A program made the translations under genes and the position numbers. The notes under the pieces were generated by a model. It saw only the letters and a list, made by a program, of their open reading frames with translations, made no database searches and was not told where the DNA came from. A DNA stretch of 51,461 bases, taken from positions 1 through 51,461 of the forward strand of contig LWCA01000118.1 of the NCBI GenBank assembly GCA_001642005.1. The letters run 5' to 3'. The stretch comes from Intoshia linei (Eukaryota; Animalia; Orthonectida). This document shows positions 21,701 to 34,700 of the stretch, piece after piece; position 1 is the stretch's first letter, and every line of letters begins with the position of its first letter.

Positions 21701-24700
21701 ACTAAGTGATCAAAATAAAGCAATTCTGAATGCTTTAGAAATTAGTCTTACAAAGGAAAATTCAAGTTCTATGTTTTCCCCGAAAAGTTCTAAACTTAAA
21801 GGTTCGTTACTTCATAATTGGGCATACCATTTTAATATGGTTGGTCAGATTCAAAGCAAAGAAAACATGTTTGTTATGCTCCGAAGTCTTCAACCACTCC
21901 TTAAAGAAGCTTTAAATAAACGTCGCCCTGGGTTGGTATTGGAAGATAAATTTAACGTGTTTGGTCCACTCACTTGGAAAGATTTTCATTTAATGTCGGG
22001 TAGGAGTAGTCCCAATGAAACTTGTTGTTCACTTTCTCATCCAATGATATTGACTGCTGGAAAAAACGACCAAAATGTGATGGTACATCCTTATGCAGTG
22101 AAATACTGGAAGTCTTTATCCTTGAAACCCATATCTGGTGCTAGAAAATTTAAATACGTTTGTATTACGATGAATCAGCAAAATATTTTTCAATTTATCA
22201 AAAGTTTTATCGAAAAAGTAGCCAATGAATTTTTGTTTTGCGATTTGGGAAAATTAAATCCATGTTACATTGCAGAATTTAATGGTGAGTTTATCCAAAT
22301 TGATGGAGAAATGGTTAAAAACTTGACTGAAAATCAAAGAGAACAAAAACACTTTGATTTAGGTACAAATTTATTTGCTCAAAATTTATACATGTTTTTT
22401 AATGTTTTAGAATTTTACATTATACCAATTTTAACTAAATATTTTACCAATAATTTCCATAAAAATTTGACATTTGTTGTATATATTATAGATACGTTTA
22501 AATTTTTGGGTCTTCAAGAAAAATACCGTAAAACGAGCACATTGTATTTAATTGGTATTTTTAATAAATTGATTAAATCCTTGCCAGACTATTTAAAACC
22601 TATTGTAAATTTAAAAATACTTCCTCTCAGATATATCCTTGATGCTCCAAATTGGCAAAAATCTTACCAATCCGTATCTTTTCAAATTTACAACATGTCA
22701 AATTACCATTCTGATAAATTTTCTACCATATCTACTCATTCTTTTTATCAAAATTCTATTCACTTGAATAATCGAAAAATAAAAGATTATCAGGATGTAA
22801 AACTGCAGCGTAAATGTAAACCATTCATTTTGGCTCCGCGCAGGGAACCTGTGGCTCGATTATTAGAAACTAAAACCGGTGTCAATTTTGATCCAGATAT
22901 ATTGTCTAAATACAAAAATTACAATAAACCGGCACCCATACCTTTATCAAATACCAGTTTCAGAGATGATTCATCAACCATTGTCCTCAACGTGGCTTAT
23001 GTACCGAGTAATGATCAAAAACTCATTATTGTTACATACACTGACAGTACAACTGAATTACTTGATAAGTTTATAGTGAATATGGACACTATCATAGACA
23101 AGTTCAATTCTCCCGTCCGAATAGCTATCAAGAGAATTTGGAGGCATCTTAAAAATATCGTAATTAGGGGTAATTTGGATGCCAGGTTAGTTATTACTCG
23201 GCTAGGAGTGATGGGACACAATGAAATTAAAGCCTGGGGTAGATTAATTAATAGGCATGGCTTGTTTTTACATCCCTCTTCTATCAAATCTTGTAATATA
23301 TGCAATGAGTACAAATCAAGTTATTCTCTCAATGTTAATGGAAAATTCCGTTCCATTTGCTTATTGTCTTTTATTCCAAACTGTAAACTCATTATACTTA
23401 CCGATTATATTAAAAAAGCTGAACAAAAGTTTAATCAAACTGGCAATAATCTTGGAACCCCGAAAGACTTTAACTCTACTCATATTATGGTTTTTCCTGT
23501 TTCCGCCAATGCACATGTAATTTCCTATTATATTTGTATCCCTAATTATATAATATGCTACGCAATATTATTTTGTGTGTGTTCTACTTTATTTCAATTA
23601 CTACCAGTCTTACAATTTTATAAAGTCCACATTTTAATTAGTTTTTTCCGGGTGTTGGCAAATAAATTTCAACCTCTCATCTCACATCTTAGGGGTCAAA
23701 AACCACAATTGTTCTTTTTTTTGAAAATCAAACGAGTTGGAGAGTTAAAAAAACTATATACGCTAATACTGATTTTGAGATCATAAACATTATCATAAAT
23801 TTAAATTTAAAAAAATTGTATATTCAGGGCCAAAACCACAAATTACCCCTTTTTTATGAAAACAGCCCTAGCATTTAAAAAAATTACAGGTGGTACAGTT
23901 GTATCCTGTTAACACACACAAAAAATTGAAAGTACAGTTGTATCCTGTTAACACACATAAAAAATTTCAATCCGAATAAGTGACGACCTTCACGGTAAAA
24001 AAAGCATTTAATTCATATCTTTTTTTCCGAAATATTTTAAAATGTGAAATAATTAACGGTCCGAAATTTAAAAAAAAAAAAAATTATTTTGATAGAGCTT
24101 ATTCCAGTTGATATAAATACAAAATTTCAATCCCAGAAATTTACGCATTCTCGATGAAAAATAATTTTTAATATATTATCAACCAATATTTTTTAAATAT
24201 TTCGATTAAAATAAAAATTGAAAATGTAAATTTGATCATACAATTTCAAAAAAAATGTGAATTGTTTGGGAACCACTCGTTTAAAGGATTGATAATAGTG
24301 AATAGTAGGATTTTTAAATTAGATTTTCATCATGAATTTATTTTTTTGGTAGAATAAAAATGTGCCCTCCGCAGAGCTAGGTGATGTTTGTACGTAGTAC
24401 ATAACAGTCAACCTAGTTTCTGATATCTGTGGTAATAATGACTTTTAATTAGTTATATTTATAGGTTTCCTCGTTCCACCAATTTTTTCAGTTAATTCCA
24501 AAAAGTTTCGAGTGTATTTAGATCAGGTGATTGGGAGAGCCATTCTAATACTTTGACCAATTGCTAAAAGCGGACCACTTTTTACAAAACGTGGTCTTCT
24601 TAATCTGTCGCTACTGTAATGAATACAATATTTTATAGATTCCTTGTAGTAAAGACTGGGAAGATAATGATCACTTTGGAGTATATGACGGAGGAGGAGC

Positions 24701-25330
24701 AAATGATGCGAATAAGCTCCTTGACGTTTTCCCAGACATGGAAAAATCGATTATGGAAGCCGACATGGCAGATATTTTGGAAGCAATGGTGCCAGCCACA
24801 GAAAATAACATAAATTTAACACCTCATTCCAATTATTTTAATTTGGAAGATCAAGCTGAGTCTGAACCAATGCTCCTGGAACAACCAATGGCAGTTGGTT
24901 ATTATGTCAGTACAGTAATTGAACGAAATATTCATTCTTGGTTTAATTTATCAAATACCCAATATTCAAATAATTTTTTCAATTCAAGTCCCATCAATTT
25001 TAAAGTATATGTAAAATTTTCATTATAATTGTATTTTTAGGCTTTGTTACATATAAATATCAGCCGAGTTTCATTTACGGGTGAAATTAATGAAAACAGA
25101 AATGAAAAATCCGCTCAAAGTATTCTCGATGCTCGCCAACCTCCAAGTGTTTTACGGTAACCTTTATACCTATTATAATTTTGAATGGTAAGTTTAGTTT
25201 TGTCTTGAAAATGTTCAATGACCTCTCTTGGATGACAATTGACATGGAAAATGGAAAACGTAAAAGCGCTCTTCCAATACATATACTGATGCTGTTGGAA
25301 TTGCACCAATCTTTAGACTACATTTTTTGA
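15797..25330 (+). CDS. MED13: Mediator kinase-module subunit 13 (about 1773 aa, 5 exons)
   Basis: Exons 15797-16866, 19880-23516, 24639-25004, 25041-25156, 25198-25330. Motifs: SLQDCYTNVFCLCDIKGIRW, LWVFW, RFGKWFVKP, NFEECTICVCN, GPLTWKDFH, RLVITRLGVMGHNEIKAW, EQPMAVGYYVST, LRFVLKMFNDLSW, LPIH. Confidence 0.95.
17020..17080 (-). mobile_element. Helitron 3'-end fragment (same family as 23539-24416)
   Basis: Reverse complement CCCTCGGCATAGCTAGCTGTTGTTTGTACCAAGTACATAACAGTC matches the terminal hairpin region at 24365-24410 and 33234-33276. Confidence 0.65.
18253..18992. mobile_element. Degenerate or composite hAT-like MITE containing a 29-bp repeat array (about 18600-18900)
   Basis: Begins CAGGGGTGCACAAC and ends GAGAAGCACTG. 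Flanks do not form a clean TSD. Confidence 0.45.
19325..19777. mobile_element. piggyBac-type MITE
   Basis: TIRs CCCATATATTCCCAG / CTGGGAGTATATGGG; flanks TTAA and TTAT; subterminal palindrome TGTGACCATATGGTCACA. Confidence 0.85.
23539..24416 (+). mobile_element. Non-autonomous Helitron with both ends, in MED13 intron 2
   Basis: A|TC start (TCCCTAATTATATAATATGCTA), subterminal hairpin TGTTTGTAC..GTACATAACA, CTAG|T end, no TSD. Homologous copies occur elsewhere in the window. Confidence 0.85.
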
Positions 25331-25575
25331 TGGAATAATTAATTACCAAATTATTGTATTTATGGGGAATTGTATATATTGTATATTTTAAGATTGTTTA
25401 TACTTTATTTTTAAATATATTTATTATTTCAAGTTTTACTCAAAAACAATAGATTTGTGTTACGTGAGATATAGTAATCATGAATCTGCTATTCACCAGA
25501 GCAAATAGGTCATACATTTATAAGTATTATTGTACATTGATTAATGTTGAATTGCTATTATATTTTTGTACATAA

Positions 25576-27685
25576 ATGTCGATAGTTGACTTGAAGAATG
25601 GCAATTTTGAGGATAAAGCGGATCCAATTCCTGAAAAAGTAATAGAAAACACTACTACAGACTCCATTGATTCAAATCACATTGAAAACGAGTCTGTGAG
25701 TTTGGAATCATCCGTAGAAAACACTGGCTATAAATCATCTGAAAATGAATTTAATTCAAGCAGTTCATCAAAGATGTTTAAAACTACTAGATGGTTTCGA
25801 TGCGGTTCAAAGGAATCGGCCGACGTGTATAAAAACATTATGGATGGATTCAAAACTTCTAGCTTAATGTCTAAATTATCATGCCGCAACTCTGAAAGTA
25901 TTTGCAACTCTAACGGCGGAATCGAAGATAAATTGCTCCATTACAATAAACCTGGAAATTTAAACGGTGAATTGGATGGAAAAATTGTAATATACCAAGA
26001 TGGTTCTCAAGTAATTGGATCAGAAACGGATTACGCCAATTACGCGAAAGGTGCTGTAGGTTCTCACAAAAAAATTGTAAATAGGGAGAAAAATGAAGAT
26101 GAATTTGTGCGCCATTACAAATGTAAATTGTCCAATACACATCGAAAAATATTTATGAAACTCTTTTTACAAATACCACTCGGACACCGTCCTATTGGTA
26201 TCAACTTTACTAGTAAAAGCAACCAACCCGTTGTTTTGGCTCCATCGCATACAATACTTGTATTTTACGTGTCTATTAATGGTCAAGATGTAGTAGAGGA
26301 ATACTGTGACGGCAGTCAAGTTCAAATAAAAAAACAAATACATAGAGTTAAACGAAACGACTCTGATTTTCGCAAATCACAGATCAGCTTAAACGCAGAA
26401 AGCTACCAGGGTGTCAAAAATTCCTATTCAACTTCGTTAAATAAGATTAGTCGTCAATTCTCTACAACCGGAAGCGAGTGCATCAACCCATTTCAAAATT
26501 TAAGTTGTATACTTTTTTGTAGAAATGGAGCAATCAAAAATTCATTCCTAACATTTTATTGTGCCAATATTGAAAATAATTTTCACTATATACATGTGCC
26601 TATTGTAGCCTCAGTGAATGACATTTTACCCTCCCCTTTAGAATCAATCAACCTGGCATTTTCGCGTAAACTGATTCCTATTATCATGAATTGTCAGTTT
26701 GGAAAAGTCCGCGTCGATATCAAAGTGAGACTCGCCTATAATTTGCATTCCTTCAATTATGTGTATATTAATCAACAAGGCAAATTGTTGTCTCTATTTA
26801 GAATGGGTACTCTGAAATTGAGTCAAATTCAAAGATTACCCAATTTAAATGCTAGTGTTATTAATGACATTCATTTGCATAATGATTTGTCTAAAGCCAA
26901 AAAATATTCAATTTGTTTTGACGATTTGTCTTTTTCCGTTAGCTTTTCGTTTTACATTAAAAAGTCTACAAAATCCTATTTGTTGCATCTTTTTGATATT
27001 AAATGCATACGTGAAATGTACACTGCTCAAGATGTGTCTTCTATGCGAGATAAAACTATTGTTTTTTTAATTTTATTGTTTTTATTGTTATTTAGAGTTT
27101 AGCGGATGAATTTTTTACAAAAAAGTATAATCTAAAAGTTAAACCTACTAGTGTCATATTTACGTCCAATAAATTTTTAAAAGTTTCTAGAAATGCTCTC
27201 AATGGTGTTAAGGAACAATTCAATTACATTGATTTCATTGGATTGTGGATAAATCGAAAACAACCCTTGAATCCCTTAGCATATGGTAATTTTTGTCGTT
27301 GCTTTTTATAATAATATTTGTTATCCGGTATACTTTTTTAATAATGCCATCTTTAACTTACAGGTTAGTATGAGCAGTTTCCGCCCGTAGCACATAATAT
27401 ATTATTTTAGTTTATGATTCCTGTAATCTAAACTTTGTATTCTTCGCATAATTATTATAATAGTTAATCATTTCATGATTACAATTAGTAATTATTTATT
27501 ACATAGGTTCAATGATTGGTGGGAGTATAAGAATGTTTGCTCAAGGAGGAACAACATGGGAAATTGCACCATTTGATCACAGCACACGCAGCCAGTCACC
27601 TTTGATTCTAATCAAAAACAAATACATATATCGCATGCTATCAAATACAGGTCAAATAATATCAAACGCCAAAAGACAAAGATAA
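25576..27685 (+). CDS. Hypothetical protein, about 620 aa, 3 exons
   Basis: Long ORF 25576-27060, then in-frame GT-AG exons 27096-27285 and 27507-27685. No recognisable domain. Confidence 0.7.
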
Positions 27686-27952
27686 ATTTGTAAATAAAAT
27701 TTAAAATACTTTTGCTAATAATATAAATGGAAAAATAAATCAATCAGTAGCATGTAACATGATATTTAATGATTCTAAAATGCATTTAAATTATGGTTAA
27801 CTTTTAATTTATAAACACACCTATAGTCAGCTGACAAAAAATGAATGTGTCAGATTATCCATTTATCATGATTCATCGTTAGTAGACTATTTCTTTAATC
27901 TAGAAAAATGAGTTGATTAAGACTTAATTCTCATCACTATTTAACTTTTAAA

Positions 27953-30900
27953 ATGTTGAGTAATTTAGGATTTACAAGATTAATTATATTTTTCTATTGT
28001 ATACATGTTAACGTTTGTGGATATTCTGAAAACGGTATAATGTTTATTTATTTTATGTACTGTATTGTGTATTTTATAAACATAGACACAACAAATAAAT
28101 TTCATCGTATTCAATTTTTTGAAAACGTTTGTCTCGGAAAGGATAAAAATATATCTACTGTAGTTATATATGAAAATGACTATTTAATATTCACCAATAA
28201 GGTATTCAATAATATCTGTAGGCATTATTTCCATAACTTAAATAGTATTTATGGCAATTACCAATTTTGAAGGAAAATGTGAATGTTACAAATGACTTTA
28301 CAAAATTTAAAAAAATAAGACTGGATCTATTTTGGAAAAATTTACCAACTGATAACATAGATGCTGTCGTATCAATTGACAAATATCAAATGATTCTTTT
28401 TTCAGGTATACAGCATACGCATATAAACTAGTTTAGAGGGTTTATTCTTATCTGAATATATGGTTGACTCAACCATAAACAAGTCATATTCAACTTTTTG
28501 CATAATAAAGTGTTTTTTGTTTTATATGCCCCAAATTTAACAATTTTTCGATTAACTTTTTGGGCCATCTGACCAATTTTGGGAGTTCTGCCTATTGAAG
28601 CATTTATTAATTTGTTTCAGACAAATTCTAAATACTGTATATTGTATTTACCGTTTACAATTTTACATATTTGTATCTGCTTTTTGTTTTTACATTGTGT
28701 CGACTTAGTCGATTCGACTACTGTTATAAGAAAGGGAAAGTTTTTCCTGAATTATAAAAAAATCAAAATAGTCATGGTGATGTTTAATTTTAGTATTAAT
28801 TTCATCTTTATTAACAAAACTAAGATTTTTATTTTGAAAATAAACTACAGTATAACCTATTATTTCCCTGACTACTTTTAAATTTTACTTTTATCCAGCG
28901 ATGTTTTAATTTTATGATAAATTCAATTCTTACTTATATAATATGCTAATCAAGATTTGTTTTGTGTGTGTGTGTTCCACTTTATTTCAATAACTATCAG
29001 TCTTAGAATTTTATAAAGTCCACATTTCAATTACAGTTTTTTGCGGGATAAATAATAAGATAAATTTCAACCTCCCGAACTCACATCTTACGGGTCAAAA
29101 ACCCCTGTTGTCCATTTTTTTAAAAATTAAACGAGTTGGAGATTTTAAAAAAATATATACGCTGATGCGAATTTTAAAATCATAAACATTATCATAAATT
29201 TTAAAAAATTATATCTTCATGGCCAAAATCCCAAATTCGCCATATTAGTGACATTACCGACTCGGGATCATTTTAGCACAAGTGACTACCGTAGCAATTA
29301 CTATTGGAGAATAAAATGAAATTAAAAAATATTTTTAATCTAGGACAAAAATATTGGATGTACAAGGACAATCGATTGCTCCCTAAATTTTTTCTTAATG
29401 GGTTCGAGTATTATTACGATACAAAAATCAGTAATGTTTCGAAAATTGATGCAATCGGATGGTTACCTCGTGAATCAATGGGAAGTAAAGATTACGTATT
29501 GTATGCTATTGCAGGAGGTTACGTGTGGATCGTACACAGTACAGAACTAAAAGTTGCAATATTTCCTCCATTGTCTTTTAATTATATTACATCATTTTTA
29601 CAAACTCACACAATCAAAAATCGAATTGAAGCCATAATTGAAGATTATATAGGTACGTTTTAAAATTACAATTATAGAGTCAGTGTGTAATGCACAATGT
29701 TCACAAGAAGGAATATGCACCCATAAAATACACCTTAATTTTGTTACTCTGCATGTATATCAGTGATTCCTAACGTGAGCGATGGCGCCATCTAAGGTCG
29801 GTATAAGGGATTGGAACCGACCCCACTCCACTCAATTATAAAAGAAAAAATATATTGCTTAAAAGGAGGCGGTAGACCAAATAAGTTTTGGAACACGTGT
29901 ACTATATCATTGATAATTATTATTAATTATAATATATATTAATAACTATTATAATACTACATACTCAATTATTTTACAATAGAAAATCAGTAAAATTAAA
30001 TGTTACTATATTATAATTGCATAATTGTACATATAAATAAATGCAATTTACATTATGCATTGTACAATTGTATGTATTAATGATGTCAAATCAATCAATT
30101 TATTTATCAAATATGTATCGATTTTAAATTAGTCAGTTCAATTGTACAAAATAAAAAATTTTTTTTTTATAACAAAATTTATGAAGCATATAGTTTATTT
30201 TAACTTAAATTTAAAAAATTTTACAATTAATCAGTCATTTTATAAATTGTATACACATTTTAAATCGTCATAATTTTGAATTAGCGAGGATAATTAGCGC
30301 TTACAATTAAACGAGTTCCACTGTAAATATATCAAATTATATTATACAGTTTAAGTCCTTATTAACGGAATTTTTGTTAGAGGAAATTCCATTTTAACGG
30401 AATTTTGAATTATTTATTTTTTTTAACAAATTTGTATGTACTAAAAATTCCGTTAATAAAAATTTTATTTCTACAGCTCTAGATTCCAGAGTTTAGAATA
30501 TATTTTAAATGACTATCATAAATATAAATTAATTTTTGTATATAAATAAATGTCAATTTATTACGTTTGTATTAAATTTTTAATAGATATTAAATTAGAT
30601 GGCGTTAATTAGAAATAATTACCACCATTGCGGAAATATCATTTTTAACTTTATTATATTTCTGTATATAATTTAAAATTTTTTACGCACCCAAAAAACT
30701 TCTGTGAACCTTATGAGTCCACAAGGACGCCGTTGGTAATGTTTTGTATATAGTACTTCGTCATATGTATTATTCAAAAACTCATAATAACAAGAAATGT
30801 GACCATTTAATGGTTTTTATTAAAAAACATTCTGTTAACTAGGGTGTTACTATGGGGAAAATTCCATATTAATATATTAATAAGGACTTAGACTGTATTT

Positions 30901-31134
30901 ATCTATATTATATTATTTATTGTTAGTATATATTTAGACAAAGCTTTTTACGTTTTAATTAATTCAACATATTATAAATTGGACATTATGCAATCAAATA
31001 TGAACATTACCAAAAAAATGCCTAGTACATTACAAAAATATTGTCAATATGCCATTATAAAAAACGAAGAAAAAAACAGTGCACATGTACATTACCAAAT
31101 GTGTTTCTTTATATTTATTATTTATTTATTTTAA
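27953..31134 (+). CDS. Secreted hemopexin-repeat protein with hydrophobic C-terminus (about 287 aa, 5 exons)
   Basis: Exons 27953-28034, 28086-28201, 28246-28405, 29344-29652, 30938-31134. Signal peptide; FWKNLPTDNIDAVVSIDKYQMILFSGQKYWMY, KIDAIGW..YAIAGGYVW, RIEAI..FYVLINSTYY; Cys at both domain ends; tail MCFFIFIIYLF*. Confidence 0.8.
28928..29240 (+). mobile_element. Helitron, 5' fragment
   Basis: Aligns by eye to 23539-23850 (TTATATAATATGCTA, TTTATAAAGTCCACATT, AAACGAGTTGGAGA, TCATAAACATTATCATAAAT). Confidence 0.8.
30347..30895. mobile_element. pogo/Tigger-like MITE
   Basis: 19-bp TIRs CAGTTTAAGTCCTTATTAA / TTAATAAGGACTTAGACTG with TA TSD; a second, interrupted copy lies at 33454-35532. 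Confidence 0.88.
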
Positions 31135-31334
31135 TCTAATTTATGTCAAAAAATAAAATTAATTTTAATCCAATGATTGCAAATATTGCACTTTGTACAC
31201 ATTTGACTATAAATATCTGTAATCAGTGACGGTTCGTATTACAACTACTTTGGGGTCATTCTGTGGTTCAATTGTATTTATCGATGAAATTTTTTCATTT
31301 GATGTAACTATCTACGTAAGATTTTTCGAATAAA

Positions 31335-31460
31335 CCCCCATTATCACATTGCATTTAACTATTATCACATTGAAAGTAATTGCTATCACATTGACAATCG
31401 TTATTCCATTTTTAATTTAGTTATTATCACATCGGTTGTAGTTATTATCATATCGATAGT
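31335..31460 (+). repeat. Degenerate tandem repeat of about 21 bp (core TTATCACATTG)
   Basis: About 6 units visible. Confidence 0.6.
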
Positions 31461-31791
31461 GAAATAATATAAACTTAATTGTTTATATTTGACACTTAAA
31501 ATAATAACAATGTTCAAAGTGATAATTTTTTGAAATTTTCAATTTGGAATCACGAACCTTAATACTATCTTAGTCGGCTCGGTTATAGTTGTTAGCCTAA
31601 AAAAAATTTTGAACAATAAATTGAAAATACTTTTAATTGTATTTTTAAATAAAACAAATATAGAAAATTACACAAAGTTGATTCTAAATATTCTCAAACT
31701 TAAATTAATCATTTCATTATATTAATAATAAATAAACATATTAATTAAACTTTATTTATTATTTATACCTGTCAAGGTTGACTCTGTTTAA

Positions 31792-34700
31792 ATGAGTTTA
31801 TTTACAATTAACACAATTTTACTTCTACAATTATTCAACTCTAATAGAATATTTTCAATCGACACTCCATCATATTACGTTGTTTCACATTACTACATTA
31901 AAATCCACAAAGAAATTGAAATTTTCAAATATATTAAATTTTCTTTAAAATCAGTTGATAAATATCAAAGATATCTTACTCTAAGAGTTAAAGTTAATAA
32001 TAAAAAAATGACTATTGTTGTAGTAAAAATATTAAACTATCAAAAAATAATACATACCAAGTACAAAATGGATGTTGACAAAGAAATTTATTCTGAAGAT
32101 GGTCGACTTATTCTGTACGATTCCAATCAAAATGGTTTCTATTATATTGATGGATACACAGTCGATTTTTTTGACACAATTTTTGAAAATCAAACGAGTT
32201 GGAGAATTTAAAAAAATATATACGCTGATGCAGATTTTAAAATCATAAACATTATCATAATTTTAAATGCTGATGCGGATTTTAAAATCATAAACATTAT
32301 CATAAATTTAAATTTAAAAAAATACACTGATGCGGATTTTAAAATCATAAACATTATCATAAATTTAAATTTAAAAAAATTATATTTTCAAAGCCAAAAC
32401 CAGAAATTCCCCTTCCTTTTTTTTTGAAAACATCTCTAGAATTTCACAAAATTTACAGGTGGTAGAGTTGTATCCTTTTAACACACACAGAAAATTTCAA
32501 TCCCAATAAGTGACGACTTCACGGTCAAAAAAGCATTTTAGTATTCATATATTTTTTCTAATATTTTATTAAATCAAAAAATGTGAAATAATTAACAATC
32601 CGAAAATTAAAAAAAAAAATTATTCTGATAGAGCTTATTCCAGTTGATATAAATACAAAATTTCAACCCCAGAAATCTACGCATTCCCGGTGAAAAATAA
32701 TTTTTAATATATTATCAACCAATATTTTTTAAATATTTCGATTAAAATCAAAAATTGAAAATGTAAATATTCATCCTACAATTTCAAAAAAAATGTGCAT
32801 TGTACGTCTACACATTTCCAATAAAAACTTATGGGTGAAAATCTATATAATTCATTCCTTCGGAATTTTTTTCATTGCTAAGCAATTTTTAAATTTCAAA
32901 TTTTCATTTTCAAAAAATTCTGTAAATTTTAATTTAATTATGACACTACAGCAACGTATTTATAAGATTAAATTTATACTAACTTAAAACGTTATTTTTT
33001 TACTCATTTTTGAAATTTAAAATATAATGCCAAAAAGAAAAGCAACATTCACAAGAAAAAACGCCAAAATGTTTTTAAATAGTTAATTTAATTATTATCA
33101 TCACCTGGAAAAAAATAAATAACAATTATATGATGTACGGTAAGACATTTTTGGTAGTCTTATTTTAATTGATTAGTATAAGTGATTTAAACCATAATAG
33201 ATTTAATTTTTAATGTTACAATTAAAATGTCCGCCCTCGGCAGATCTAGGTGCTGTTTGTACATAGTACAAACAGCCAAGCTAGTTAATAATATAAGAAT
33301 AATATAATAAATAAAATAATTTCGAATGAAAAATAATGTTCAGATTATTAAATACATTAATTAAACTTACATTAGTTAATTTACCATACTTAACTTATAC
33401 ATAAATAGTAATATTAAATTAAATTATTCAGAAGGCCGCACTTTCCCTATCTCTGGTCTAAGTCCTTATTAACGTAATTTTTATTAATGGAAATTATATG
33501 TTCATGGACTTTTTTTTCTTAACGATTTTGTATGAACCAGAAATTCCGTTAATAAAAATTGTATATCTAAAGCTCTATAACAGTGGTTCCAGATTCAAAT
33601 AGTGTACGAACCCCCATTTGGAAATATTTATTTTTTTGGACCCAAAGGAAACATTAAATGAATAAAACATTTATGATAAAATTAACCCTTACGAGACAAT
33701 TGCATGTATAAATGCCAAAAACTACACTCATAAATTTATATTGGGTTGTATAAAAACCGAAATAAGGCGGTACCAATATAAATTATGAACAAATTACGGC
33801 TCATACAATAACATGTAAAATGCGTAAAAATTAATTTTATTATCAATGTTTACTTTGTGCCAACAATAAAATAAATTATATTCTAATAAAATACAATCAC
33901 GCACCGTGATTGTAATTACGTGTCATGAATTAAATATATTTTATTGCTAATTCTAAGCCAAATATTAAAGCAAAATTTAAGTTGTTCACTTTATAAATCA
34001 ATGACATTTAAAATTTCTGAATTTTAAGCTTTAAATTTTAGTGTTTTATAACATTTTGAAAATCAGCATAGTCTCGTAAGGGTTAAGGTTTTTTCACATA
34101 AGATTTGGTAAAATCTTTTTTCAAAAAAGTATTTGAAAAAAGGGTTGGTAAATCAGATTTTTTATATTGTGGTTTAATTAAGTGGACTTTTCAAAAAAAT
34201 ATAGAAAAAGTAGATTTTTCCCAGGTTTTTTGAAATGGTATCTTTTATTAACACATATATTTGTAATATAAAAGTGGAGTTTTTAAAATAATAATGTAGC
34301 GGTCGTAGAGGCGTTAGGACACATTCCAATCATCTGTCAATTCTGTCGTCAATATTAAAAATTATACCTTAAAAATAAAGAAAAGTTGATAAAAATTTTT
34401 CAATATTTTATTTGAATTTCACGGAGGCAGACATATAGTTTTGGACCCTATGGAGTACAGGGACCCCAATCGACAACACCTGATCTATAATTTATTTGTA
34501 ATGGCTATCATAAATATAAACTCATTTGTCTATGTCATTTTGTTATTAATTAGATGTCAATTTATTACGTTTTTTATCAAATTTTTAATTAAATATACAC
34601 TGTGTATCAAAACATTAGGCAAATCGATAAAATGATCATAATGAGTTACTAAGCAGGTTTATATTGTTCAATTATTTAAAAAATAAATTATAGTTATATA

